Assembly (NCBI GenBank): GCA_963818965.1
Contig: CAWFUG010000009.1
Span: 416,001-480,000, forward strand
Source of the DNA: an uncultured Verrucomicrobiae bacterium
Lineage (GTDB): Bacteria; Chlamydiota; Chlamydiia; Chlamydiales; Rhabdochlamydiaceae
DNA: 64,000 bases
Direction of reading: 5' to 3'
The notes below the pieces were generated by a model, which saw nothing but the letters and a program-made list of their open reading frames with translations, ran no database searches and was not told the origin of the DNA. The position numbers and the translations under genes are program-made. Each line of letters begins with the position of its first letter. The stretch's first letter is position 1. This document shows, one piece after another, positions 39,932-50,036 of the stretch.

Positions 39932-40312
39932 GTGGATCTTTCTATGTTTTTGGCGAAATTCTTAGGGTTCTATTTTTTGCTCAGCGCTCTTTTGTGGCTG
40001 TCTAGAAAACGGCAGATAGAAGCTGCCTGCAAAGATGTCGTCGCTTCCAAGGGTCTTTTAGCGGTGTCTGGAGAGATTAGCTTTATCATCGGTCTTGCGA
40101 TTGCGATCGATCACCCTATCTGGGAATACAATTGGAAGGGGTTGATTACCCTGATAGGATACCTCTTGATCCTAAAAGGGATCCTACGTTTTGCGTTTCC
40201 CAATCACGTGAAAAAATGGGTCTCCAAGATGATGAAAGGAATGGGGTTTTGGCTGACGATTATCATCATGCTAGCGATCGGGATCTACCTAATCTACTGT
40301 GGCTTTAACTAG
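39932..40312 (+). CDS. Small four-TM membrane protein
   Basis: Hydrophobic 126 aa; HPIW..NWKGLITLIG..LILKG..R..FP pattern. Confidence 0.75.
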   Translation: MDLSMFLAKFLGFYFLLSALLWLSRKRQIEAACKDVVASKGLLAVSGEISFIIGLAIAIDHPIWEYNWKGLITLIGYLLILKGILRFAFPNHVKKWVSKMMKGMGFWLTIIIMLAIGIYLIYCGFN

Positions 40313-40324
40313 GCCCTAACACGG

Positions 40325-40356
40325 GTTCAAAAGTGGACGTCGGTCCACTTTTGAAC
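40325..40356. terminator. Hairpin between convergent genes
   Basis: GTTCAAAAGTGGAC-GTCG-GTCCACTTTTGAAC perfect 14-bp stem; shares words with repeat family B. Confidence 0.6.
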
Positions 40357-40363
40357 ACTTCCT

Positions 40364-41756
40364 CTAACCCTGTATGAGCTGGATTCCGTATTGTTCATCA
40401 GCCACACGCCTATGTTCTGTGTAAATCATCGCAAAGCCTCCTGGGATAGAGCAGGCTTCTGGCCGGGCTATTATTCCTGTAAAAAGGGAGTCCTCTAGAA
40501 AGCTTGAATCTGTGGATATCATTAATTGTTTTCCCGTCGTTAGATCCCAAAGACAGCGATTTCCATAGCTGAATTGTCCCAGAAGATAATTTCCCTTTAT
40601 ATCGATAGGAGTGATTTTATCTTCTAAGCGCGTCTTCAAACGTTCGTGTAGTTCATTTCCATCGATTTCCCAACTATAAAAATCCGTTTCGATGATCCCA
40701 AGAATGGGGACGGTTACTACGTGGTTACAAAGGTAAAGTTCAGAATTTCTCGCTATAAAAGCCGTATCCAAATTGAATCCAATGTCACAGTCGATGGTAT
40801 AGATTCTCTCTGGGTCATCGATCTTTAACGGCGCTGATTCCGTCTCATCTTGCCGATTCTTAGATAAATCGATCACCTGGATCTTGTGTAGACTTTTTTT
40901 ATAGCTAGAGTTGCCTATTTGTGAAGAGGACAAGAAGACATAAAGACATTCTTTTTTTTCATCTACACTAAAAGTGGTAATGGAAGAAGGTTCTCCGCTT
41001 CGACGAAAGAATAGCCGAAAAATCCCACTGGCCTATGAGTTTTCCTGTGTGACGGCAATGAATCTGTATCGGTGAGGCTCTATTTCTATTATCCATAATA
41101 AATAGATGATCTTCGAAAGCTTTGAATGCAAAAAAATCATAGGGAACACCCATTCCAAACTCTAGATTTCCTGATTCCAAATCGAACATTTGAAGAGTAC
41201 TGGGTGCCCCTGAGTAGAGATCTCCCTTGTATTCTAATAAAGGAAAACGATTCCCATTCTTTACGGTAGATTTAAATAGATTCGGCCCACATTGGAGAAT
41301 GTTTCCTTTTTTCATCTCAGGCATCTCGTACCACTGAATGAATCCTCCTGCACACTGGACGTAGAGATGCTTATTTGCATAATAGATTCCCGTAGGTTCC
41401 CTTTGATGGGGGAGCGGGATCTTAGTCTCTTTATACTCACAGCGGCGCATGTTCTTTCCAGTCATTTTGTAGCTGTAACACATCTCGTAAAAGGTCTGAT
41501 TGATATGCTCTGCGTATTCGATATTCGGGCATTCATGCTGCACGATGTATTTCCAATAAGGCTTTTTTTCGATATCGATATGCCATAGACCATAGAGGTA
41601 GGTATTGACCCGAATGAATTGAGACAAATCTCGCAGAGGCAGATTCTCGATGATGTTAGACCAGACATCGTCAGGCATAGAGGAGTGGCCCGCACGGCCA
41701 GTATTAGCATCGTGAAAAAAAAGAGCTGGAGTAGTTGTAGTTGTTATCGTCGACAT
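40364..41756 (-). CDS. F-box-like/beta-propeller protein, interrupted by one frameshift near 41000 (candidate effector)
   Basis: MPDDVWSNIIENLPLRDLSQFIRVN F-box-like. The downstream frame reads open across the first stop (SGEPSSITTFSVDEKKECLYVF...CLWDLTTGKQ). Confidence 0.65.
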
Positions 41757-41886
41757 AATGTTGCTCCATAGTTGTGTTAAAAAAAGTAATTATAAAAATA
41801 TATAATCATTTATGGTTTTATATAATAATATTATACATTTATCTTGTGTTGTTTTCACTCTAATTTTTTTAAATAAAGAATTTACA

Positions 41887-43084
41887 CTTTGTACCGGACA
41901 AAATTTTTATGACATTTCCTAACACACTAACCTACAAGTGTTTAGAATCTTAAGGATTTTTCGAAATTCATCGATTTTCTTCTCTATGGAAAGAATCACA
42001 GACCTTAACCAATCCAATCCCAGCCGAAATAGGCTTTTAAGACAACCTCCCATGAGTCTTTCTGGGGATAGCCTCTTCAGCATCTTTTATGACCCCAAGC
42101 CTGTAAGACCAGCAGAAGGCTATAGCCAGAACAAAAAGCAGCTTTTCTATTTTCTCAGGTGCCGTCATATGGGTATCTTCCATTCTAAAACCCCGAGTTT
42201 TTAAGCAGCCAAATAAAGTCTCTATTTCCCACCTTCTTCGGTACAGACCAATGGCATCCTCGAATTGAACATTAGCGACTACGATCATCGGCTCTTTCGC
42301 ACCTTTCGCCTGATGTATTGAAACATAAAGCAGTTGCCCCCAAATGAGAACAGGGCGATTGATAATCGATTTGGATCTACCCCTATTTTTCCAAAGTTCT
42401 AGAATAGGAACTTGATAGTAGTTTCGAAGCCCTCCTGCCATAGTGTTTTTCTTAATACGAATGACGAAGGGGATTTTTGCTCTTTTCAAAAACCTAAACC
42501 AGTCCTCTCCTATGAACTCACGGTCTGCCAAAAACGCATATATGCGCCTATGCCCGATCTGTTGTAGAATCTTCTTCAGAATGGATATTCGATCCGAAGT
42601 AGATGAGGAGCCAGAAGAATTAGACACACTCCAGAAAATAGGAATACCAATTCCTCTATAAGCGACCGAGAGAAGAAGAATGTTAATATCTCGCTTTCCC
42701 CATTTCCAATTGGTGCGATCAAGAATTAGGATCAGTTGTCCTTTAAGACAAAAAAGAGAGAGTATTAGAGGGATAATAACAGTGATATCGAAAGAAAATC
42801 CTGAGAAAAATCGCCGGACTCTTCTATAGGAAGAGTCCTGCTTTGCGTTCGATTGAAAAAAAGAAGAAATTTGGGTGAGGTTTACTGTTCTTGCGCAAAT
42901 TAGTGCTTGTAAAATTTGGGCAAGACAGGCAATCCTTGCCTTATTCCAATGCAAATTCTGAACCAAAAGTCTTTGTAACTCGTTGACGTGATGCATAGCT
43001 ACTCCTAAGTTGGCTAAACTCAGGTAGATATAATTCACGCTCAACGAGTTCTTTTCACCTCATTAAATTTTGTCCTGTACAAAG
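41887..43084 (-). mobile_element. IS4-family insertion sequence with 20-bp TIRs and 9-bp TSD
   Basis: TIRs CTTTGTACCGGACAAAATTT / AAATTTTGTCCTGTACAAAG (19/20); direct repeat GAATTTACA at 41878-86 and 43085-93. Confidence 0.95.
41919..42996 (-). CDS. IS4-family DDE transposase; +1 frameshift at about 42039 separates the C-terminal tail
   Basis: LDRTNWKWG, LADREFIG, YRRRWEIETLF; after the shift the frame continues KSLFRLGLDWLR...LVC*. Confidence 0.85.
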
Positions 43085-43170
43085 GAATTTACAATTTAAG
43101 CTGCGTTAAAGTCTTGAGGCTTTGGGACTAAAAGGAATAAAAAAAAGTTTTATCTATGAACGCTTGAAAG

Positions 43171-43199
43171 GAGCCTGGATGCTAGGAGCATCCAGGCTC
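43171..43199 (-). terminator. Intrinsic terminator of the porin gene
   Basis: GAGCCTGGATGCT-AGG-AGCATCCAGGCTC 13-bp stem just after the stop. Confidence 0.7.
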
Positions 43200-43207
43200 T
43201 GTTTTTC

Positions 43208-44383
43208 TTAGAATGCGAATTTTAGGGACGCATACGGACCGGTTAGGATGTAATTGCTGAGTGTCCGTTCAAACCCAACCGCAAAGACACCTACGTCTGG
43301 AGTGAAAGCAGCGCCAGCGGGTAATACCTGCGGAGCGGTCATGTCGACGCTCTGAACAGCATCCCAATAAATTTGACATTGGTATCCAATTTCGAGGGTC
43401 ATTTCTAGGCATTTCCATGCGGCGATGTAAGAAAAGCCGAACTTCTGCTGGAGTCCTGGAACGAGCTGAGCTCTATTAGGCACATGGGTGCTTTGCACGT
43501 TTGGCTGTGCAATGCCGAGTGCTGCTAATTCCGGTGTCCATGACTTGAAAGTGGTGTGATTTTTCATCTGTCCCATGAAGAGAGAAAGATAGGTAGTACC
43601 CGTGAAAAAGACATGGTCGAACATGCGGTAATCATAATCGATTGTGATTTCAGGGCCTGCACCAATGAATTCTGAAGAAGTTTTCACAGAGCGGGCAATC
43701 GCTAATACATTGTTAGAATAAGTCGATTGAAGCGATTGTTTAATCCGCCCAAAGCCGACACCTGCTCCAAAATTCATAAATAGTCTGTTGAAAAAACACA
43801 TTTTTTTTCCAAACATCAGATTCACTTGATCGAAATGAGAGCGTAGTTTTCCTCTAGCGTTTACATAGGCGAAAGAGTTAGGACCTATGTCGAAGAAAGG
43901 TCCTACCATATCTCCACTCACTTTAGAAGTATTGACGGAGGTCCCATCGTGTCCATGCAATCTCTCCCAATTCACATCGATATTGATCCCTGTATTGCGA
44001 AATAGAAAATTAGTGCCAACTTCAAACCCTGAATGGTAATTAGGGCTTATTTCATGGATCTTCCAATTGGGAGAAGCTGCTGGGATTGTGATATCGGGAT
44101 CTAGAGCGTTTGCCTCGGCGGCGTAGTAAAGGTTACTGCCGTTTGGTTGCAGAAAGAGCCAATTGCCATAAAGGGCATACGTCACACCACACCACTTGTC
44201 TGCTTTATGACAGCATTCATGCAGAGTGGGACATCGATCTGTCTCAGGGGCTTCTTGAGGGCATTGAACGGCTTGAGAGGCATGCCGATTGACTTTGCAC
44301 TGGTTTGATATACCACAATGGTTTGCTGAGAGCGTCGATAACGAAAACAGGGAACAGGCGATGGCGACAAAGGTTGTCTTCAT
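43208..44383 (-). CDS. MOMP-like outer-membrane beta-barrel (Lpg1974-type porin) with Cys-rich N-terminus
   Basis: Signal peptide, WLFLQP, PNYHSGFEVG, FIGAGP, EIGYQ, C-terminal GPYASLKFAF. Confidence 0.8.
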   Translation of the reverse strand: MKTTFVAIACSLFSLSTLSANHCGISNQCKVNRHASQAVQCPQEAPETDRCPTLHECCHKADKWCGVTYALYGNWLFLQPNGSNLYYAAEANALDPDITIPAASPNWKIHEISPNYHSGFEVGTNFLFRNTGINIDVNWERLHGHDGTSVNTSKVSGDMVGPFFDIGPNSFAYVNARGKLRSHFDQVNLMFGKKMCFFNRLFMNFGAGVGFGRIKQSLQSTYSNNVLAIARSVKTSSEFIGAGPEITIDYDYRMFDHVFFTGTTYLSLFMGQMKNHTTFKSWTPELAALGIAQPNVQSTHVPNRAQLVPGLQQKFGFSYIAAWKCLEMTLEIGYQCQIYWDAVQSVDMTAPQVLPAGAAFTPDVGVFAVGFERTLSNYILTGPYASLKFAF

Positions 44384-44460
44384 GGGATCTCCTCATTTTT
44401 AAATACGGTGTGTAAACCTCAGAAAGTAGTGTATTTAAATTTTTATAACAAGTCTTCATT

Positions 44461-45510
44461 CTACTCCCTAAATTTTACTGGCCAGCCTTGAGCCGCCCTT
44501 TTCTTTGCCTGCTCAAAGGCCTGTACTAGATCATCCTGGAGTTCTGTCAGTCGAACGATAGCGCCATCCTGAAGGATCCATGGATCGATGCCACGAAATC
44601 TGGATCTCACCACGACATCTGCCTCCTCTAATGCGACAAAATGATAGTACTCATCAGGATGCAAGATTTTGTGCATTCTGTTTTGGATCAAACCATCTTT
44701 GCTGGCACACAATTTTTCCCAAATGGCATTATCGATCCCGAAATGGAATTCATCCCAAGAGAGGATTCCCGTTCTTAATCCTTGTAAAATGGCATCGGCA
44801 AACCAGCGAGATAAGACGTAGTTAACGGGGCTTCCCCAGCAATCTTCCGTCATGAAGAGGGAAAACAGGACTAATTTTGTAGCTAGATCCGCCCGCGTCA
44901 TGAGCCACCGTCCTTCCACAAAACGTAAGTCCTTTAGAAATTCGCGCGTTTCTTCTAGGGTGAGAAAATTTTGAAAGTAGGCGCCTTGGATATTGTAATC
45001 GATTCGGTCGGCGCAGAGATTGGGCAATGACTGTTCTAACATGATGAAATTGTTCTTTTTGGGAAGGACCTGCTCTATTGTGAATCCATATTTATGTAAA
45101 ATTTTCTCCACGCCAGAGGTCGCCAAATACAGTCTTTGGATGGTCGTTTGGTAATCATTTTCTTGGTATTCCTTATTGAAAACCCAGTCTCCTACATGGG
45201 AAAATACAGTATGAGAGACATCGTGTAAGAGTCCAGAGATCTGCTCTTCCAGAGAAGCCCCATAGAACCTCAGGATCGCAAAAACACCCAGCGAGTGGTC
45301 GAACCGATTATACTCCTCGCGATGCGTCGTATAGTAAGCGATCCCATATTGGTGAATTTCTTTGAGCCTTTGCATAGCAGGACAGTGGATCAATTCGAGG
45401 AGGACAGGCTCCTCGACGTCAAGCGGGCCATAAAAGGTCTCGATTTTTTCAGCGAACAGATTGAGCGTTAGGCAGAGAAAGAAAAGTAAGCAGCGCGATA
45501 GAAAAAGCAT
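44461..45510 (-). CDS. HD-domain phosphohydrolase (dNTPase/SAMHD1-like motifs) with signal peptide
   Basis: QRLKEIHQYG, RFDHSLGV, LLHDVSHTVFSH, ADRIDY. Confidence 0.88.
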   Translation of the reverse strand: MLFLSRCLLFFLCLTLNLFAEKIETFYGPLDVEEPVLLELIHCPAMQRLKEIHQYGIAYYTTHREEYNRFDHSLGVFAILRFYGASLEEQISGLLHDVSHTVFSHVGDWVFNKEYQENDYQTTIQRLYLATSGVEKILHKYGFTIEQVLPKKNNFIMLEQSLPNLCADRIDYNIQGAYFQNFLTLEETREFLKDLRFVEGRWLMTRADLATKLVLFSLFMTEDCWGSPVNYVLSRWFADAILQGLRTGILSWDEFHFGIDNAIWEKLCASKDGLIQNRMHKILHPDEYYHFVALEEADVVVRSRFRGIDPWILQDGAIVRLTELQDDLVQAFEQAKKRAAQGWPVKFRE

Positions 45511-45726
45511 GGTTCATCTCCAGTGGTGCAATGAGTTAACTTAGGTAGAAATCGACCGGGGGAATTTAGACTTTTCGCTTCAAAAACGCAAGAGTTTAAT
45601 CGTAAGTAATTGTATATAAGTTGGTTGCGGGAACATTATCTCTCCCATAAAAATCAATGCCTGAAATTCGGCGGCATCCTTCTTCTCGATTTGGTAGAAT
45701 GAAAGACAACAAAAAGAGGTAAGCTC

Positions 45727-46767
45727 ATGCTGACACATCAAAAAAAGAAGGAATACTACCGGGCGCTCGTCGAGAAGAACAAGGCCTACGAGGGAGTTTT
45801 CTTTGTGGGGGTCAAGACAACAGGTGTCTTCTGCCGCCCGAGTTGTCCTGCTAGGAAGCCGAAAATAGAAAATTGTGAATTTTTTGCAACGGCCCAAGAG
45901 GCGCTTTTGGCGTCGTTTCGGCCCTGTAAGCGGTGCAAGCCGTTATCTCATCCAAATGTCGTTTCTAAGCTTGTACAAATACTGGTAGACGCGGTAGAAG
46001 ATAACCCGGAAAAGCGGTGGAAAGAGAGCGATTTTAGAAAGCTCTCCGTGGATGCCTCGACGGCGCGGCGTCAGTTTAACAAGCGGTTTGGGATGACCTT
46101 TGTCGCCTATGCGCGAGCGAGGCGAATGGGTCTTGCCCTAAAAGAAATCAGGGAGGGGGGGAAAGTGATTGAAGCACAGCTTTCGAGCGGCTATGAATCG
46201 GGAAGTGGGTTTAGGGATGCGTTTTCGCGGATTATGGGGGCTCCGCCTTCGCTCTGCGAAGGGCATGCGGTCCTAAAAGCATCGTGGATCGATACTCCTT
46301 TGGGGCCGATGCTCGCGGTCGCAGATGAAGAGGCTCTCTATCTGCTCGAATTCGTCGACCGGCGGGGCCTAGAAAAAGAGATCGAGCGACTCAGAAAAAG
46401 AGCCAAATTGCCGATCATTCCCGGAAAAACAGCACCGATCGAGCAAATCGAAGCAGAGCTAAAAGAGTACTTCTCTGGCAACCTACGGGAATTCAAAACC
46501 CCGCTTTGTCCCATCGGCTCTCCCTTTCAAAAAAGAGTGTGGGAAGAACTGCAAAAAATCCCGTTTGGGCAAACGCGCTCTTATGCGAAAATTGCGGCTG
46601 CGATCGAGAAGCCTACTGCTTTTCGCGCTGTAGCTCTAGCAAACGGCGCCAATCAATTCGCAATCGTCATTCCCTGCCATCGCGTGATCAATAGCGATGG
46701 GGCACTCGGAGGCTATGGCGGCGGCATTCAGAGAAAGGAGTGGCTTTTAAAACATGAACGACGCTAA
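45727..46767 (+). CDS. ada: Ada bifunctional regulator / O6-methylguanine methyltransferase
   Basis: FCRPSCPAR..FRPCKRC zinc site, AraC HTH, PCHRV active site. Confidence 0.94.
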   Translation: MLTHQKKKEYYRALVEKNKAYEGVFFVGVKTTGVFCRPSCPARKPKIENCEFFATAQEALLASFRPCKRCKPLSHPNVVSKLVQILVDAVEDNPEKRWKESDFRKLSVDASTARRQFNKRFGMTFVAYARARRMGLALKEIREGGKVIEAQLSSGYESGSGFRDAFSRIMGAPPSLCEGHAVLKASWIDTPLGPMLAVADEEALYLLEFVDRRGLEKEIERLRKRAKLPIIPGKTAPIEQIEAELKEYFSGNLREFKTPLCPIGSPFQKRVWEELQKIPFGQTRSYAKIAAAIEKPTAFRAVALANGANQFAIVIPCHRVINSDGALGGYGGGIQRKEWLLKHERR

Positions 46768-47329
46768 AAAACGGTGTTTTGGTTCGGCTCCAGGTAAAGA
46801 ATTCTACGCAGACTACCACGATCGGGAATGGGGAATTCCCGTTCACGACGATCGGAAATTATTCGAGATGCTGATCCTCGAAGGGGCTCAGGCGGGCTTG
46901 AGCTGGGAGACGATTCTCAAAAGGCGAGAGGCTTATCGGAAGGCATTTTTCCATTTCGATCCCGCTAAAGTTGCCGAAATGAGCGATGAAGCATTAAATG
47001 ATCTCCTTAAAAATGAGGGGATTATCCGCAATCGCCTAAAAATTTACGCTGCTCGCCAAAATGCACGCGTGTTTTTGCACATTCAGAAGGAATTTGGGTC
47101 GTTTGATCGGTATGTCTGGCAATTTGTCCAGGGAAAGCCGATCGTAAAGCGGCGCAAACACCTCAAGGACCTTCCTGCGACGACTCCCGAAAGCGACGCT
47201 CTCTCGAAAGATCTAAAGAAGAGAGGGATGACCTTTGTCGGCTCGACGATTATGTACGCCTTTATGCAGGCAGTGGGGCTCGTCGATGATCATCTTGCCG
47301 ATTGTTGGTGCGTGCTCAATTCAATTTAA
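46754..47329 (+). CDS. tag: DNA-3-methyladenine glycosylase I
   Basis: YHDREWG, LEGAQAGLSW, IIRNRLKI, GLVDDH..C. Confidence 0.95.
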   Translation: MNDAKKRCFGSAPGKEFYADYHDREWGIPVHDDRKLFEMLILEGAQAGLSWETILKRREAYRKAFFHFDPAKVAEMSDEALNDLLKNEGIIRNRLKIYAARQNARVFLHIQKEFGSFDRYVWQFVQGKPIVKRRKHLKDLPATTPESDALSKDLKKRGMTFVGSTIMYAFMQAVGLVDDHLADCWCVLNSI

Positions 47330-47404
47330 AGAAAAAAGACGGTAAGCTATAACCTATCCGCAGTGCATTTTTGAAACGACTTAAGAATATACCGGGAGTT
47401 GAAA

Positions 47405-48196
47405 ATGAAGCGGGTTTTTTGTTTTTTGCTGTGTAGTGTTTTTTCTGTTTCGCTGTTAATGGGGCGGACAGTGGATTTAGCGGACTATGAAAAGAGGGTC
47501 TTCAGCCAAAATGGCGAAGATGGAGTTTTGGATGCTATATTCAATATCATAGGAGAGACAAATCGCTACTATGTCGAGTTTGGAACGCAAAATGCCTATG
47601 AGTGTAATACGAGATACCTCAGGGAACGGCAGAACTGGCATGGTCTATTGATGGATGGGGGATATGAGGATCCAAAGATCAATTTGCAGCAAGAATTCAT
47701 CACAGCCGAGAACATCACTTCCTTATTTCAGAAACACAAAGTGCCTGAGCAGTTCGACCTTCTCTCTATAGACATTGATTTTAATGATTGGCATGTGTGG
47801 CATGCCATTAATCCTTCTTACCAACCCCGAGTCGTCGTTGTCGAATATAATGCGAGCCATCTTCCCTACGAAGATCGGGTCAGTATGTATGAACCCTATG
47901 GATGCTGGGATGGAACGAACTACTATGGGGGAAGCATTTTAGCATTTTATAATTTAGGTCGCGCTAAGGGGTATTCCTTAGTGTATGCAGAAGCTAGAGG
48001 CGTGAACCTTTTCTTTATTCGCAATGATGTCATCGAAGACTGCAAGGCGAGGGGAATTGAGTTTCGCTCGATCAATGAAGTGAATGAAATTTACCACTTG
48101 CCCACCTACGGTTGGGGCCCCATGGGAGGGCATACGGACGATCATTTAAAACGGATCTATATCGACTCCGCTACGTTGCTCGGCCTATCCAATTGA
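47405..48196 (+). CDS. FkbM-like methyltransferase with signal peptide
   Basis: FSQNGEDG, YVEFG, LLSIDIDFND, PRVVVVEYN. Confidence 0.7.
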   Translation: MKRVFCFLLCSVFSVSLLMGRTVDLADYEKRVFSQNGEDGVLDAIFNIIGETNRYYVEFGTQNAYECNTRYLRERQNWHGLLMDGGYEDPKINLQQEFITAENITSLFQKHKVPEQFDLLSIDIDFNDWHVWHAINPSYQPRVVVVEYNASHLPYEDRVSMYEPYGCWDGTNYYGGSILAFYNLGRAKGYSLVYAEARGVNLFFIRNDVIEDCKARGIEFRSINEVNEIYHLPTYGWGPMGGHTDDHLKRIYIDSATLLGLSN

Positions 48197-48313
48197 TGTG
48201 GTAGCATCAAGCGGCCCCAGAATTTCTAGGGCCGCTTCCAAGCCAGCGAAATCACTTGATCTTTGATCCTGATACCCATACGCTGTCCATCCAAAAATTT
48301 TTAGGAGGAATGG

Positions 48314-48967
48314 ATGATTCGCGCTGTTTTGCTGTTTTGTCTCTTATCGGTATCCGCTTTTGCCAAACCGACCCTTTTTGTGGGGATTGCAGGGGGGACA
48401 GGTTCTGGAAAAACCACACTGGCAGAAAAAATTCATGAGGCATTTCCAGCAGCTGTGCTGATCAGCCAAGACTCTTATTATAAAGATCAAAGCCATCTAC
48501 CCATCGAAGAGCGAGAAAAGACGAATTTCGATCACCCCAATTCCTTGGAATTTTCTCTCTTGAAACAACACTTGATCGACTTGAAAAAGGGTCTGGCGAT
48601 TGAACAACCGATCTACAGTTTTCATACTCATACCCGAGAAGAGGGATCAAAGCGGGTGGAGCCTGTGGAAATCGTCCTAATCGAGGGGATTTTGCTCTTG
48701 GCTGTCCCAGAAATTAGAGATCTCTTGGACATCAAAATTTTCGTCGATACAGATGATGATATTCGTATCTTGCGTCGCATTGAGCGCGATATGAAAGAGC
48801 GCTCTCGCGATTTCGAAAGTATCAGAGAGCAGTATTTAAAGACTGTAAAGCCGATGCACGATGCCTTTGTAGAGCCGAGCAAAAAATATGCCGACGTGAT
48901 TGTCCCCAATGGAGGACGCAATAAGGTCGCAATCGGCCTCATCTTAGCTAAGCTCAATGAGCAGTGA
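48314..48967 (+). CDS. udk: Uridine kinase with signal-peptide-like N-terminus
   Basis: GIAGGTGSGKTT, QDSYY, NFDHP, VKPMH..FVEPSK.YADVIVP. Confidence 0.94.
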   Translation: MIRAVLLFCLLSVSAFAKPTLFVGIAGGTGSGKTTLAEKIHEAFPAAVLISQDSYYKDQSHLPIEEREKTNFDHPNSLEFSLLKQHLIDLKKGLAIEQPIYSFHTHTREEGSKRVEPVEIVLIEGILLLAVPEIRDLLDIKIFVDTDDDIRILRRIERDMKERSRDFESIREQYLKTVKPMHDAFVEPSKKYADVIVPNGGRNKVAIGLILAKLNEQ

Positions 48968-49800
48968 GGATGCACGTAAGAACACTGCTTTTTTCAATAG
49001 CGTTATTACTTGCGAATATCGGATTTGGAGAAGAAATGCAGCCGCTACCGATGCAGGATGTCCAGTTAAACCACATTTACTTGGTAGTCGATCGAAAGAC
49101 TTATGAGAGCATCAAGAATTCTGATTTTATCCACTCTCTGGTTTGTACCTATGAGCAAAAGAACAGTGCAGATGGCGAGGTGGAGTGGGAAGGATTTTAT
49201 ATGCGCGGTAAAAAGACGTTCATCGAGCTTTTCTGCCCACAAGAGCGGTATCCTGCCATTGGGATTGCTGGAATAGGATTAGGAGTGGATGTTCGAGGAG
49301 CACTAGACCTTCTTTTGGAAAAGGTTCCTCATTTTAAAAAAGGAACCTTTAGTCGAGAGGGAAAACCCTGGTTTTCCTTTTTGACAGTCGAGGATATTTA
49401 CTTTTATGAGCACAACGCTTGTTGGGTCATGGAATATGCCCCTGAATATTTTCCAGAAGAACCTGCGGATGTTTCCCGAGTGCGTTATAATGCGGACAGA
49501 TATGACCCTAACAAGCCTTTCTTGGACATCGATGGTTTTTCCATCGCTCTTAAACCAGAGGGACTTGAGCTCCTTTCTTCCTGTCTTAACAATTTTGGAC
49601 TGAAAGCAGCGGATGGGTCTTATGAAACGTCTGAAAAAATAGAGATCAGGCTATCTGAAGAAAGCTGTGAGCAAAAAGGGATCTATCAGATCGATTTTTC
49701 TCTGAGAGATGCTTGCCTAGATGGGTATTCTGGTCGTTTAGGGAATTCCTTGCTAACCATTCGAGGGGACAGGGCGAGCTGGATCTTTTTTGGGCAGTAG
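48964..49800 (+). CDS. Exported protein, VOC/glyoxalase-like (DUF5829-like)
   Basis: Signal peptide; LNHIYLVVD..TY..I, W.GFY.RG.KTFIELF. Confidence 0.6.
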   Translation: MRMHVRTLLFSIALLLANIGFGEEMQPLPMQDVQLNHIYLVVDRKTYESIKNSDFIHSLVCTYEQKNSADGEVEWEGFYMRGKKTFIELFCPQERYPAIGIAGIGLGVDVRGALDLLLEKVPHFKKGTFSREGKPWFSFLTVEDIYFYEHNACWVMEYAPEYFPEEPADVSRVRYNADRYDPNKPFLDIDGFSIALKPEGLELLSSCLNNFGLKAADGSYETSEKIEIRLSEESCEQKGIYQIDFSLRDACLDGYSGRLGNSLLTIRGDRASWIFFGQ

Positions 49801-50036
49801 AAGAGACATCAGGGGATTAGTCTTGTCAATTAAATAATTTACTCTCCACACCGTTTAAACCTTTTACCTCTCCCTTCAATGGGTTAAACACCTTCTTGCT
49901 CGTAAAATAAAATTTAATTAAGCTTGGCTCTTTACTGCTTTGTATAGCTTTGTTAAAATTATAAGTTTATTTTAATTAAATAATAAAAACAATATAATTA
50001 CATTAATAATTAAAAACAAGTATCGTGAGGTTTATC

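Noticed and set aside
45727..47329. ada-tag pair as a novel system
   Set aside because: Ordinary alkylation-repair genes.
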